A stretch of 37,450 nucleotides of DNA from Octopus sinensis (taxonomy: Eukaryota), in NCBI RefSeq assembly GCF_006345805.1, contig NW_021828044.1, positions 1-37,450 of the forward strand, in the 5' to 3' direction. The notes beneath the pieces are model-generated. The model was not told the origin of the DNA. It did not search any database and was given only the letters and a program-made list of their open reading frames with translations. The position numbers and the translations under genes are program-made. Shown piece after piece: positions 23,880-35,664 of the stretch. How positions within the stretch are numbered: the first letter of the stretch is position 1; each line of letters begins with the position of its first letter.

Positions 23880-24104
23880 TGTGTTTCAGTCTTTAGACTT
23901 GCGGCCAAGCTGGGGCACCACCTTGTAAGTATTTTTAGCCAAATGAATCGAACCCAGAAATTGTTTTTTAAAAGCATGGTGCGTATTCTATTGAAGTCGT
24001 AAACACACCAGTACTAGTTACCAAGTGGTGGGGTGAGGACAAACACATACACTGAGACACACATAAGCACACATACACACACACACATACACATATATAT
24101 ATAT

Positions 24105-24147
<43 letters not shown>

Positions 24148-24692
24148 CGCAGGAGTGGCTGTGGTAAGTAGCTTGTTTACCAGCCACATGGTTCAGGGTT
24201 CAGTCCCACTGCATGGCACCTTGGGCAAGTGTCTTCTACTATAGCCTCGGATCAACCAAAGCCTTGTGAGAGGATTTGGTAGACGGAAACTGAAAGAAGC
24301 CCGTCGTATATATGTATATATATATATACATATATGCGTGTGTGTGTTTGTGTGTCTGTGTTTGTCCCACTAGCATTGCTTAACAACCGATGCTGGTGTG
24401 TTTATCTCCCCGTTACTTAGCGGTTCGGCATAAGAGACCGATAGAATAAGTACTGGGATCGAGTTGCTCGATTAAAGGCGGTGCTCCAGCATGGCCGCAG
24501 TCAAATGACTGAAACAAGTAAAAGAGTAAAAGAGTAAAAGAATATATATATATTCCCCGTCTATTAGACATGGTCACAAGGCTTTAGTCAGCCCGATGAT
24601 ATAGTAGGTGATACTTGCTCAGGGTACCAAGCAGTATGACTGAACCCAGAACCAGGTGGTTGCGAAGCAAACTTCTTACCACACGACCATGC
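23880..24692 (-). mobile_element. Older dominant SINE split by a nested younger SINE
   Basis: 3' half at about 23880-24075 and 5' half at about 24556-24692 flank the insert. Confidence 0.65.
24146..24544 (+). mobile_element. Dominant SINE, full length, with (GTAAAAGA)n tail
   Basis: tRNA-like head ggcgcaggagtggctgtggtaag...gggttcagtccc, central microsatellite and 3' stem-loop cagtc-aaat-gactg. Confidence 0.9.
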
Positions 24693-24749
24693 CTGTTTAT
24701 GTATATATATATATATCACATTTTCACACCTACACATATACACACGCAA

Positions 24750-25080
24750 ACGTCAAGATCACCAGCCCTCTTCCACGCGCACATACACACTCTCGTATAC
24801 ACACGAACGCGCACCTTCGTTTTGAGATCACCACCACTTTATTATCTCCCGTTCTCCCTAGCTCTCCTGTGTGACCCTTCTGCCCGGCATTCGCCATGAT
24901 AGATCGCTAGCCACTACACATTCTTTATTTTCGCTCCTTGTTTCTTTCTGTGGGAGAGCATAGGCTGGAAACGTTAAAGACTTTTCACTTCTCGTACGTT
25001 ATACTAATACATCTGTTTGTTGTCTACACCACCTGTCTTCGTCTTTTGTTTTTGTTTTGTTGTGAATTATCCCCCAGTAT
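24750..25080 (+). mobile_element. TC-rich insert with a degenerate minimal hammerhead motif (Penelope-like LTR or retrozyme-like)
   Basis: tttctgtgggagagcataggctggaaacgttaaa at 24945-24978; layout parallels the reverse complement of 37033-37233. Confidence 0.5.
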
Positions 25081-25253
25081 ATATATAATGAAAAGAAAAT
25101 GGAGAATTACGATTGACACATTTTAATTTATTAACATAATACTATATTATTATCATTACTATTATTATTATTATTATTATTATTATTATCATTATTATTA
25201 TTATTATTATTATTATCATTATTATCATTATTATTATTATTGTTATTATTATT

Positions 25254-25733
25254 GAGTGAGAGAGCAGTGCATGCCATTAAAGTGACACAGTTAAAATATA
25301 CGAAGCCCAGTATACCCATCATGACTACCCGTCTGATAAGAGTACACTAGGCACATGCATCACAACCATATGTGCGCGACATGGTGATCTCATATCAAAA
25401 TAAACAGCACATGACCTTGCAGGTGGAGCCCAGTTAGAATTCAGGTCGAGTATCCTATCCCGCTCAAAAGGTCCCTGAATAAGGGTTGGTTAAGGATGTT
25501 GAACGAACCACCCATGTTTCCAGTGGTGAATTATTCAAACCCCAAAGAATCCCTCTCAACACATGGCTATGATGCTCCCCCAACTATTTCTGCTCGTGAT
25601 CAGAGATGCATATATCGTCAGCCACTAAGGGACATGCTCAACTGGTAAAAGTCAAACAACTGACAAGCAAATCTGTGGTATTGAGCAGAATATTTGCTGT
25701 AGCCCATCTTTTATACCAAGACAAAACAATGTA
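25254..25733 (-). mobile_element. (AAT)n-flanked retroposon-like element, copy 2
   Basis: Reverse complement of 33270-33752; its tail lies in the 25140-25253 (TTA)n tract. Confidence 0.8.
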
Positions 25734-26229
25734 TTATTTTTATTATTATTATTAATATTTACATAATACTATAATAATATTAATACTATATTGTAATTAT
25801 AATATAAAATAAATATAACTATTGTGGAAAAACTCACTGAATCAAGTTATCTCCTGCAAGAAGGAAAAGAAGCATCTCTCCTGGAAAACAATCCCGTAAA
25901 CCACAAAAAATCCAGACCACATCGTTGGATTAAGTATCACTTTCATCTTCTATTTCATATTTTGTTTATTATCCTATTTTATCCCCCTTAACTTAAGCCC
26001 ACATCTCCGTTAAAGTTACGATCGCCATTTTTGTTTTGTTTACATCTTAATATCTGTTCTCGAAGGCAGAAATTGGCTTCAGAATTAAATAACCCTTTCT
26101 TCACACTTTAATATATATATTTTAATATATTTTCACTCACTTTCTTTTTCTTCCACCTTCCTTCTCTCTCCGTCTGTGTATATGTGTGTGTGTGTGTGCA
26201 CGTGTATGTATATATGTATGCGTGTATGT

Positions 26230-27137
26230 ATATATGTATGCGTATATATGCATGGACGTGAACTTTCATGAACTTTAGATAGATAAATAATCTTTCCTCT
26301 CTTACCTTCTCATCTCTCCTCTTTCAGATACTCTATCTTCAAATTAGCCTTAAGATTAAATAACGTTTAATATTGTTTAATATATGTTTTATATATGCAT
26401 GGACGTGAACTTTCATGAACTTTAGATAGATAAATAATCTTTCCTCTCTTATTTTCTCATCTCTCCTCTTTCAGATACTCTATCTTCTAATTAGCCTTAA
26501 GATTAAATAACGTTTAATATTGTTTAATATTGTTTAATATTGTTTAACATTGTTAATAATTTTTCAGATACTCTATCTTCTAATTAGCCTTAAGAATAAA
26601 CAACGTTTTTACCCACACTTTAATATCTTCTAATTTTTTACCCACACTTTATCTTCTATCTTCTAATTAGCCTTAAGATTAAATAACGTTTAATATTGTT
26701 TAATATTGTTTAATATTGTTTAACATTGTTAATAATTTTTCAGATACTCTATCTTCTAATTAGCCTTAAGAATAAACAACGTTTTTACCCACACTTTAAT
26801 ATCTTCTAATTTTTTACCCACACTTTAATATCTTCTAATTAGCCTTTTTACCCACATTTTAATATTTGTTAATATATTTTCAGATACTTTATCCTCTAAT
26901 TAGCCTTAAGATTAAATAACGTTTTTACCCGTACTTTAATATTGTTAAATAATTTTCAGATACTCTATCTTCTAATTAGCCTTAAGATTAAATAACGTTT
27001 TTACCCACACCTTAATATTGTTAATATATTTTCAGATACTCTATCCTCTAATTAGCCTTAAGATTAAATAACGTTTTTACCCACACTTTAATATTGTTAA
27101 TATATTTTCAAATACTCTATCTTCTAATTAGCCTTAA
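26230..27137 (+). repeat. Tandem array upstream of LINE-B ORF1 (76-bp terminal period)
   Basis: Core ca(g/a)atact(c/t)tatc(t/c)tc(t/a)aattagccttaa at 26325, 26472, 26565, 26741, 26881, 26957, 27033 and 27109. Confidence 0.9.
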
Positions 27138-27198
27138 TATCTTCTTGTCTTCTCTCGAACATATTTAGATAGATAAACAAATAGACAGATTATCCAGC

Positions 27199-28104
27199 AT
27201 GTCCAGAGCCTGGAGACCTGACGAACTAGAGTTATTCGTACGAGCCTGGAAATGCGCCGACGGAGATAGCCCTAGCGAAGTGATTGCGGCTGCGCTGAAG
27301 AACAACGGCCACAAGAGGACAGCGGCTCAGATAGAGCGAAAGAGACGGGAATTCGTGCGCTCATATGCGCTTATACGGTCGCACATTGGCGCACTTGATG
27401 CCATCTTTGAGAACGAGCGGGGCAAAGATGGCAAGAATGGAGACGATGAAAGAAGTCACCCCCACCTGGTGGATTCCCGGGAGGAGGTTTTGAGTGAGAA
27501 ACCTGCCCGGGAAGTGATCCCAGGTGCAAGTTCTCCAACCGGCAGCAAGGGCCATGGAGACGGAGAACCCGGTGAAGAGGTAGAGGGAGGAGGAAGAACT
27601 AAAAGAAGGACTGGAAGAGCTAAAGGAAAAGCTCAAGCAGGACCAAAGGGTGAAACAACCAGGAATAGAAGTGGAACCGCAAAAGATGGAAACAAACAGC
27701 GCACACGGGTGTGTAGGTTCTACCTGAGAGGTTCCTGCTGGCATGGAAAGCAAGGTGCAGGCTGCCGCTTTGCACATCGGGGACCCTGCCACAGAGACAC
27801 GAGGCAGATGGACAAACCATCAACACAAGGAAAAGGGATGAACCACGCACCACCTGCCCCAAAGCGGAGGTACGCAGATGTTGTGCGTGCCACAAACCGC
27901 CAACAAGATGTTGTCGAAAGGGCAGCTACTGAGCAACAATCTTTTTTGTGCATGGCACAAAAGATTGTACAGCAGCTGACCTGGCTTCATCAAACCCAAG
28001 CCCGCAGGTGGGACTACCCACTATATACAAGACCACCACAGCAAACAGACCCAGGATGGACACCGCCGGCAACAACGTACACCTCACCTCGATGCTCCTA
28101 CTGA
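27199..28104 (+). CDS. LINE-B ORF1, 301 aa, open: Myb/SANT-trihelix-like domain plus CCCH zinc finger
   Basis: AWRPDELELFVRAW...IAAALKNNGHKRTAAQIERKRREF, then CRFYLRGSCWHGKQGAGCRFAH (C-x7-C-x8-C-x3-H), then EQQSFLCM. Confidence 0.85.
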   Translation: MSRAWRPDELELFVRAWKCADGDSPSEVIAAALKNNGHKRTAAQIERKRREFVRSYALIRSHIGALDAIFENERGKDGKNGDDERSHPHLVDSREEVLSEKPAREVIPGASSPTGSKGHGDGEPGEEVEGGGRTKRRTGRAKGKAQAGPKGETTRNRSGTAKDGNKQRTRVCRFYLRGSCWHGKQGAGCRFAHRGPCHRDTRQMDKPSTQGKGMNHAPPAPKRRYADVVRATNRQQDVVERAATEQQSFLCMAQKIVQQLTWLHQTQARRWDYPLYTRPPQQTDPGWTPPATTYTSPRCSY

Positions 28105-28406
28105 ACATCAGAGGGCTGCAAACACTCAGTAACAGGACAAAAATCCCGTTCCTGAGAGACTTTGTTGCATGCAATCAAGCCTTATGCATAGCACTTACGG
28201 AAACGCACCTGAAACCGGACATAGCAGATGCGGAGTTACACATACCACAGTATGCTGTACTACGGACCGACAGAAAAGAAAGGAGTCATGTAGGTGTTGC
28301 TATGTACATCCGTGAGGACCTCACACCCCAGGTCCTCTTGTCATACTCAAACTCGGTGTGTGACACACTAATTGTACATATTAGGCAACTTGATGTAGTT
28401 GTGTGT
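28092..28406 (+). pseudogene. LINE-B ORF2: N-terminal half of the AP endonuclease, truncated
   Basis: MLLLNIRGL, IALTETHL, RTDR and VGVAMYI are present; it ends at LDVVVC before the expected YRPP. Confidence 0.85.
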
Positions 28407-30340
28407 TGGAAATCGAAAAATGTCTGCAACTCTCCCATGAAAAAGAAAGAGCAGACAAAGAAGCCTGGGCTATAGACAACATAAAATCTAACCCCAGAGC
28501 TTTCTACAGGTATGCCAAAGAAACAGCTACGGTGCACTGTAGAATAGGGCCACTCCTCGAAAAGGATGGCACACTTACAGGAAAACTAATGAGGGTAAGT
28601 GAACTACTGAATGAGCAATTCAAGAGTGTTTTCACTCCACCCCTTGGGCATCTCCAAATCACCAATCCAACTGACTTTTTTACCACTGCAGATATAAAAT
28701 CAGAGGCGGCGACGATAGATTACATCGATATAAAGGAAGACGATGTAATCAAGGCTATAGATGAAATGAAAACAGACTCAGCTACTGGCCCCGATGGATT
28801 CCCGGCAATCCTCCTAAAAGCATGTAAGAGAGTCCTAGCAAGACCACTGCAGTTCCTCTTTCAGAGCTTCCTTGCAGCTGGCAAACTTCCAAGAAAACTG
28901 AAGGAAGGTAAAATATGCCCCATTCATAAAGGAGGTAGCAGAGCGGAAGCCAAGAACTACAGACCTATCTCTCTGACCTCACACATCAGCAAGGTCATGG
29001 AACGAATAGTCAGAAGGAAGCTGATCACCTTCCTTGAAGAGAATGACTTGCTGCCCGACACCCAACATGGTTTCCGACCAGGAAGAAGCTGTTTAACTCA
29101 GCCCCTACAACACTATGACTGGGTGCTGAAACGGCTGCTCAACCACTCAAATGTGGAAGTGATATATCTCGACTTTGCAAAGGCCTTTGATAAAGTCGAT
29201 CATGGAATGATATGTCACAAACTGCGTGATCTCAACATAGTTGGAAAACTGGGAGAATGGCTTCATGACTTTCTGAAAGATAGAAGTCAGGTGGTAGTGG
29301 CCAATGGGGCCACCTCCATTAACACGCAAATAGTGAGCGGTGTTCCGCAGGGCACTGTTCTGGGACCACTACTGTTCATAATGGCCCTCTCAGACATACC
29401 CTCAGCCATGCAGAGAGCCACGATCACAAGTTATGCAGATGATACAAAAGTTTCACAGGCAATACAGAACCCTGAGGACACTAAACACCTGCAATGTGAG
29501 CTGGACAAAATATACAAGTGGGCTGAAAAGAATAGCATGCAGTTCAATGCTGAAAAGTTTCAAGCTCTATACTATCAGCATGCGAAACTAAATGCAATAC
29601 CCAATGAATACACTGGACCCGGAGGAATAGCAATCCCAGAGGCACAATCAGTGCGTGACCTAGGTATTTACATGAGTGATGACGCGACCTTTCGTGTACG
29701 TGTTGCTAAATTGGCAATGAAATGTAGACGACTGGCCGGATGGATCCTCAGAACCTTTAGAACAAGAGAACAAGAAACCATGATGGTCCTCTGGAGGACA
29801 CTTGTCCTAAGCCACTTTGACTACTGCTCTCAGTTATGGTCACCATCCAGTGTCAAATTGATCACAGAGCTCGAGGCGATCCAACGTAGCTACACGAAGA
29901 TAGCCTCTATGCAGAATGCAAGCTACTGGGAAAGACTCAAGAGATTAAAACTATATTCCCTGGAGCGTAGGCGGGAAAGATATGCCATAATATACATCTG
30001 GAAGATCCTGGAGGGACGTGTCCTAAACTTTGGCATCGAGAGTTACGCAAATGCCAGAACTGGGCGCCACTGCGTGGTGCCTAGGACTCCAAACTTGCCA
30101 TCAAGATGTAGGACAAGATTCTGTGATAGCCTGGGCTTCCGAGGCCCACAGCTCTTCAATATCCTCCCGAAGAACCTGAGAGACCTGCATGGGGTGGATG
30201 CAGATGTCTTTAAAATGAAGCTGGATCTCTTCCTGTCAGGTGTCCCAGATGAACCAACTTCACGGCAGGAGGTGCAGATGAGGGCAGCTGCATCGAACTC
30301 TCTCATGCACCAAATGGCAGTTGCTAGAAAGCTTTCGTGA
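28403..30340 (+). pseudogene. LINE-B ORF2 reverse transcriptase region, 645 open codons, fused out of frame to the endonuclease stub
   Basis: TGPDGFP, NYRPISLTS, QHGFRPGRSC, YLDFAKAFDKV, GVPQGTVLGPLLF, YADDT and SLERRRERY. Confidence 0.9.
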
Positions 30341-30408
30341 AGTGAAACCAAGTAGCAACACCAAATGGCGGTGCCCCAGCATGGCCACAGCTCATAAGCT
30401 GAAACTAG

Positions 30409-30443
<35 letters not shown>

Positions 30444-30642
30444 ATAATCCTACAATTATTCCAATTCAGACCCAACGATAAATTATATGCTTAGAATTTA
30501 TGGCGAAATAAGAAATATCTCCTTTATTCTTCCATACGATTAGAAAAAATACATGTTATTCAGACAATTTATTGAGGAAAAAGTCCTTATTTTCACAAGT
30601 ATGATAAAATAAAAGCAATCCGCTATTAATCGTGGCTAAATA

Positions 30643-31398
<756 letters not shown>

Positions 31399-31685
31399 CC
31401 ATAATCTTTGCTTATGTACTAATATATTTCTTATTTATACTAATGATTACATAAGATAAATAAATAAACAAATATTTATTTAGTCTTTCAGAGGAGAATA
31501 ACCCACTTTAAATCAATATGTTTATAATTTCGAAAAAACAGAAGAACCGGAAATGACAATAGAAATGTTTTTAATTACTATAGAGTCTACTATAAAATTA
31601 ATTTAAATCCTTGTAATTATTCAAGATAAAATAAAATAATATAATTTTAAACTTATAACTTTTATTCAAACTTAAGACAAATACA

Positions 31686-32031
31686 TTCGTCGGTTACGAC
31701 GACGAGGGTTCCAGTTGATCCGATCAACGGAACAGCCTGCTCGTGAAATTAACGTGCAGGTGGCTGAATACTCCACAGACACGTGTACCCTTAACATAGT
31801 TCTTGGCGAGATTCAGCGTGACAAGGCTGGCTCTTTGAAATACAGGTACAACAGAAACAGGAAGAAAGAGTGAGAGAAAAATTGTGGTGAGAGAATACAG
31901 CAGGGTTCGCCACCACCCCCTGTCGGAGCCTCGTGAAGCTTTAGGTATTTTCGCTCAATAAACACTCAAAACACCCGGTCTGGGAATCGAAACCGTGATC
32001 CCACGACCGCGAGTCCGCTGCCCTAACCATT
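31686..32031 (-). mobile_element. tRNA-derived SINE, third family, near full length
   Basis: The minus strand has tggttagggcagcggactcgcggtcgtgggatcacggtttcgattccc (A/B boxes); homologous to 15850-16002. Confidence 0.8.
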
Positions 32032-32075
32032 AGAGTATTTGTATATATTAATATTATATTAGACAATTATATCAT

Positions 32076-32308
32076 TCTTTCATTTGTTTCAGTCATTTGA
32101 CTACGCCATGCTGGAGCACCGCCTATAGTCGATCAAATCGATCCCAGGACTTATTCTTTGTAAGCCTAGTACTTATTTCATCGGTGTCTTTTGCTGAACT
32201 GCTAGATTACGGTAAACACATCAACATCGGTAAACACATCAACATCGATTGTCAAGTGATGGTGGCGGGGCAAACAGACACACAAGCATATACATATACA
32301 CATATATA

Positions 32309-32350
<42 letters not shown>

Positions 32351-32368
32351 GACGGGTTTCCTGCGCCT
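32076..32368 (-). mobile_element. Dominant SINE with most of the 5' half deleted
   Basis: 3' half plus TA tract, then acgacgggtttcc joined directly to tgcgcctat (the extreme 5' end). Confidence 0.75.
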
Positions 32369-32704
32369 ATGTATAATATAATATAAAATTTAGTTAGTAA
32401 TTCACTGAATCATTATAAATATCCCTATTAATATACCAATTTAAACTTACGAATCAGTCAGTCCCAATAAAATATTTTTTTCAAATTTCAATTATATCAA
32501 AAATGTGGATCACGTGATAAAGACAAGTAAAAACTGCGTTTGCATTATCATCGATAACGTTAGAGTTATACAACAACATTATGTGTCTGTTAATTAATTT
32601 GATTCCTTATCAATTTATTTCGTTATTTATATTCCTTAATTAAGTAATGATCCATTAAGTACATGAATTCAAATACATACAGATATTCTGACATATACAT
32701 ATAC

Positions 32705-32750
<46 letters not shown>

Positions 32751-33161
32751 GCGCACACACACACATATATATACACATATAAAATAGTGTACATTTAAAA
32801 CCTATAAGTATAACCGTAAAAACAAGGTAAAAGTTTTTTTTATTTTTCATTCCCTTTGAAATTGCTTAAATTTCTCTGTAGTCTTCAGTCGTTTTGACTG
32901 TCTCCTAGCGTGTAGAAATTGCTTGTTATTGGTAATTTCTCTTTGTGTTTAGATGTACACTATTTTATATTGAATAATTTGTAGTCTATTGACTCTTTAT
33001 GCATGCTAGGCCACTGGTAATAAATTTGTAAAAATATTTAATACCCTATATAGATATATACACATATACAGACACACATATATGCATACATATACATATA
33101 CACACATGAAATATATGTTAGTATACATTTACCTAAATATATAAATAATAATAATAATATT

Positions 33162-33251
<90 letters not shown>

Positions 33252-33252
<1 letters not shown>

Positions 33253-33752
33253 GAAGTGTTATCATGTACATTGTTTTGTCTTGGTATAAAAGATGGGCTA
33301 CAGCAAATATTCTGCTCAATACCACAGATTTGCTTGTCAGTTGTTTGACCTTAACCAGTTGAGCATGTCCCTTAGTGGCTGACGATATGTGCATCTCTGA
33401 TCACGAGCAGAAGTAGTGGGGGAGCATCATAGCCATGTGTTGAGAAGGATTCTTTGGGTTTTGAATAATTCACCTCTGGAAACATGGGTGTTTCGTTCAA
33501 CGTCCTTAAACAACCCTTATTCAGGGACCTTTTGAGCGGGATGGGTTACTCGATCTGAAGAAAATTCTAACTGGGCTCCACCTGCAAGGTCATGCGCTGT
33601 TTATCTTGATATGAGATCACCATGTCGCGCACATATGGTTGTGATGCATGTGCCTGGTGCACCTTTATCAGACGGGTAGTCATGATGGGTATATTGGGCT
33701 TCGTATATTTTACCCCAGTGTCACTTTGATGGCATGCTCTGCTCGCTCACTC
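33252..33752 (+). mobile_element. (AAT)n-flanked retroposon-like element, copy 3
   Basis: 501 bp between (AAT)n tracts. Confidence 0.8.
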
Positions 33753-33774
33753 AATAATAATAATAATAATAATG

Positions 33775-33811
<37 letters not shown>

Positions 33812-34713
33812 ATAGAAAATAATTAGTTATTCTTTCATATACACATATATATACCCCTAAATACTTCCCCATATATATTTACATAAATAGTTGAGGTTAT
33901 AAGAGATAATGGTGTCAATGAGACCCAAAGGTGTCAGGTAATGCTGAATAAGTGCTATAGACAGACCATAGTTACGTTGCAGATTTGGTAATATTGCGAA
34001 TAAAGGGTTGAACGTTGGTTCTATGTCAGCGTGTGTATATATAAATTTTTTGCGTAATGAGATAAAAAAAACAAGGCTCTAATATCTATACAGCCTTGGT
34101 TTTTTTATCTCATTACGCAAAAAATTCATATATTTACATATATTTACATATATAAATCTGTGTATTAAATAGTAAATAAATATATAATTATATAATTATT
34201 CTGCTGTATCTGAGGAGAGTCGTTCTCTTATGGTGCCTTTTAACTGGTAAAATTTCGACTTAATTTCTTTTTTTATTTTTCTAAACTTTTCGTTGCGTCT
34301 CGCAACCTTTTGGATAATTTTATTATCCCTTCAAATTGAAATTTACTATTCAATTTAAATAATTACAGCTAACATAGAATTATACTGTAATACAATTTAC
34401 ATAAGAAATTAGTATGTTTATCTACTCACAATATTCTATATACCTATATACTTATACACATATACATATACACATATATATATATATAATATATATATAT
34501 ATATATTATATATATATATATACATGCGCACACACACATATATATATATATATTATATATATATATATATAATATATATATATATATATACACATATACA
34601 GACACACATATATGCATACATATACATATACACACATGAAATATATGTTAGTATACATTTACCTAAATATATAAATAATAATAATAATATTATTAATAAT
34701 AATAATAATAATA

Positions 34714-34748
<35 letters not shown>

Positions 34749-34786
34749 TAATAATAATATAATAATATAATAATAATAATAATAAT

Positions 34787-35287
34787 GGAAGTGTTATCAT
34801 GTACATTGTTTTGTCTTGGTATAAAAGATGGGCTACAGCAAATATTCTGCTCAATACCACAGATTTGCTTGTCAGTTGTTTGACCTTAACCAGTTGAGCA
34901 TGTCCCTTAGTGGCTGACGATATGTGCATCTCTGATCACGAGCAGAAGTAGTGGGGGAGCATCATAGCCATGTGTTGAGAAGGATTCTTTGGGTTTTGAA
35001 TAATTCACCTCTGGAAACATGGGTGTTTCGTTCAACGTCCTTAAACAACCCTTATTCAGGGACCTTTTGAGCGGGATGGGTTACTCGATCTGAAGAAAAT
35101 TCTAACTGGGCTCCACCTGCAAGGTCATGCGCTGTTTATCTTGATATGAGATCACCATGTCGCGCACATATGGTTGTGATGCATGTGCCTGGTGCACCTT
35201 TATCAGACGGGTAGTCATGATGGGTATATTGGGCTTCGTATATTTTACCCCAGTGTCACTTTGATGGCATGCTCTGCTCGCTCACTC
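34787..35287 (+). mobile_element. (AAT)n-flanked retroposon-like element, copy 4 (duplicate of copy 3)
   Basis: Part of the tandem duplication. Confidence 0.8.
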
Positions 35288-35343
<56 letters not shown>

Positions 35344-35569
35344 ATAGAAAATAATTAGTTATTCTTTCATATACACATATATATACCCCTAAATACTTCC
35401 CCATATATATTTACATAAATAGTTGAGGTTATAAGAGATAATGGTGTCAATGAGACCCAAAGGTGTCAGGTAACGCTGAATAAGTGCTATAGACAGACCA
35501 TAGTTACGTTGCAGATTTGGTAATATTGCGAATAAAGGGTTGAACGTTGGTTCTATGTCAGCGTGTGTG

Positions 35570-35664
35570 TATATGAATTTTTTGCGTAATGAGATAAAAA
35601 AACCAAGGCTCTAATATCTATACAGCCTTGGTTTTTTTATCTCATTACGCAAAAAATTCATATA
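35570..35664. repeat. Perfect 41-bp-stem hairpin with 13-nt loop (paralog at about 34039-34132)
   Basis: 35570-35610 is the exact reverse complement of 35624-35664. Confidence 0.9.

Larger units (their letters stand above)
25820..30440 (+). mobile_element. LINE-B: CR1-group non-LTR retrotransposon with a long tandem-repeat 5' region and (AATC)8 tail
   Basis: ORF1, ORF2 (endonuclease partly deleted, RT open), 3' UTR and (AATC)8 at 30409-30440. The 5' boundary is approximate. Confidence 0.85.
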
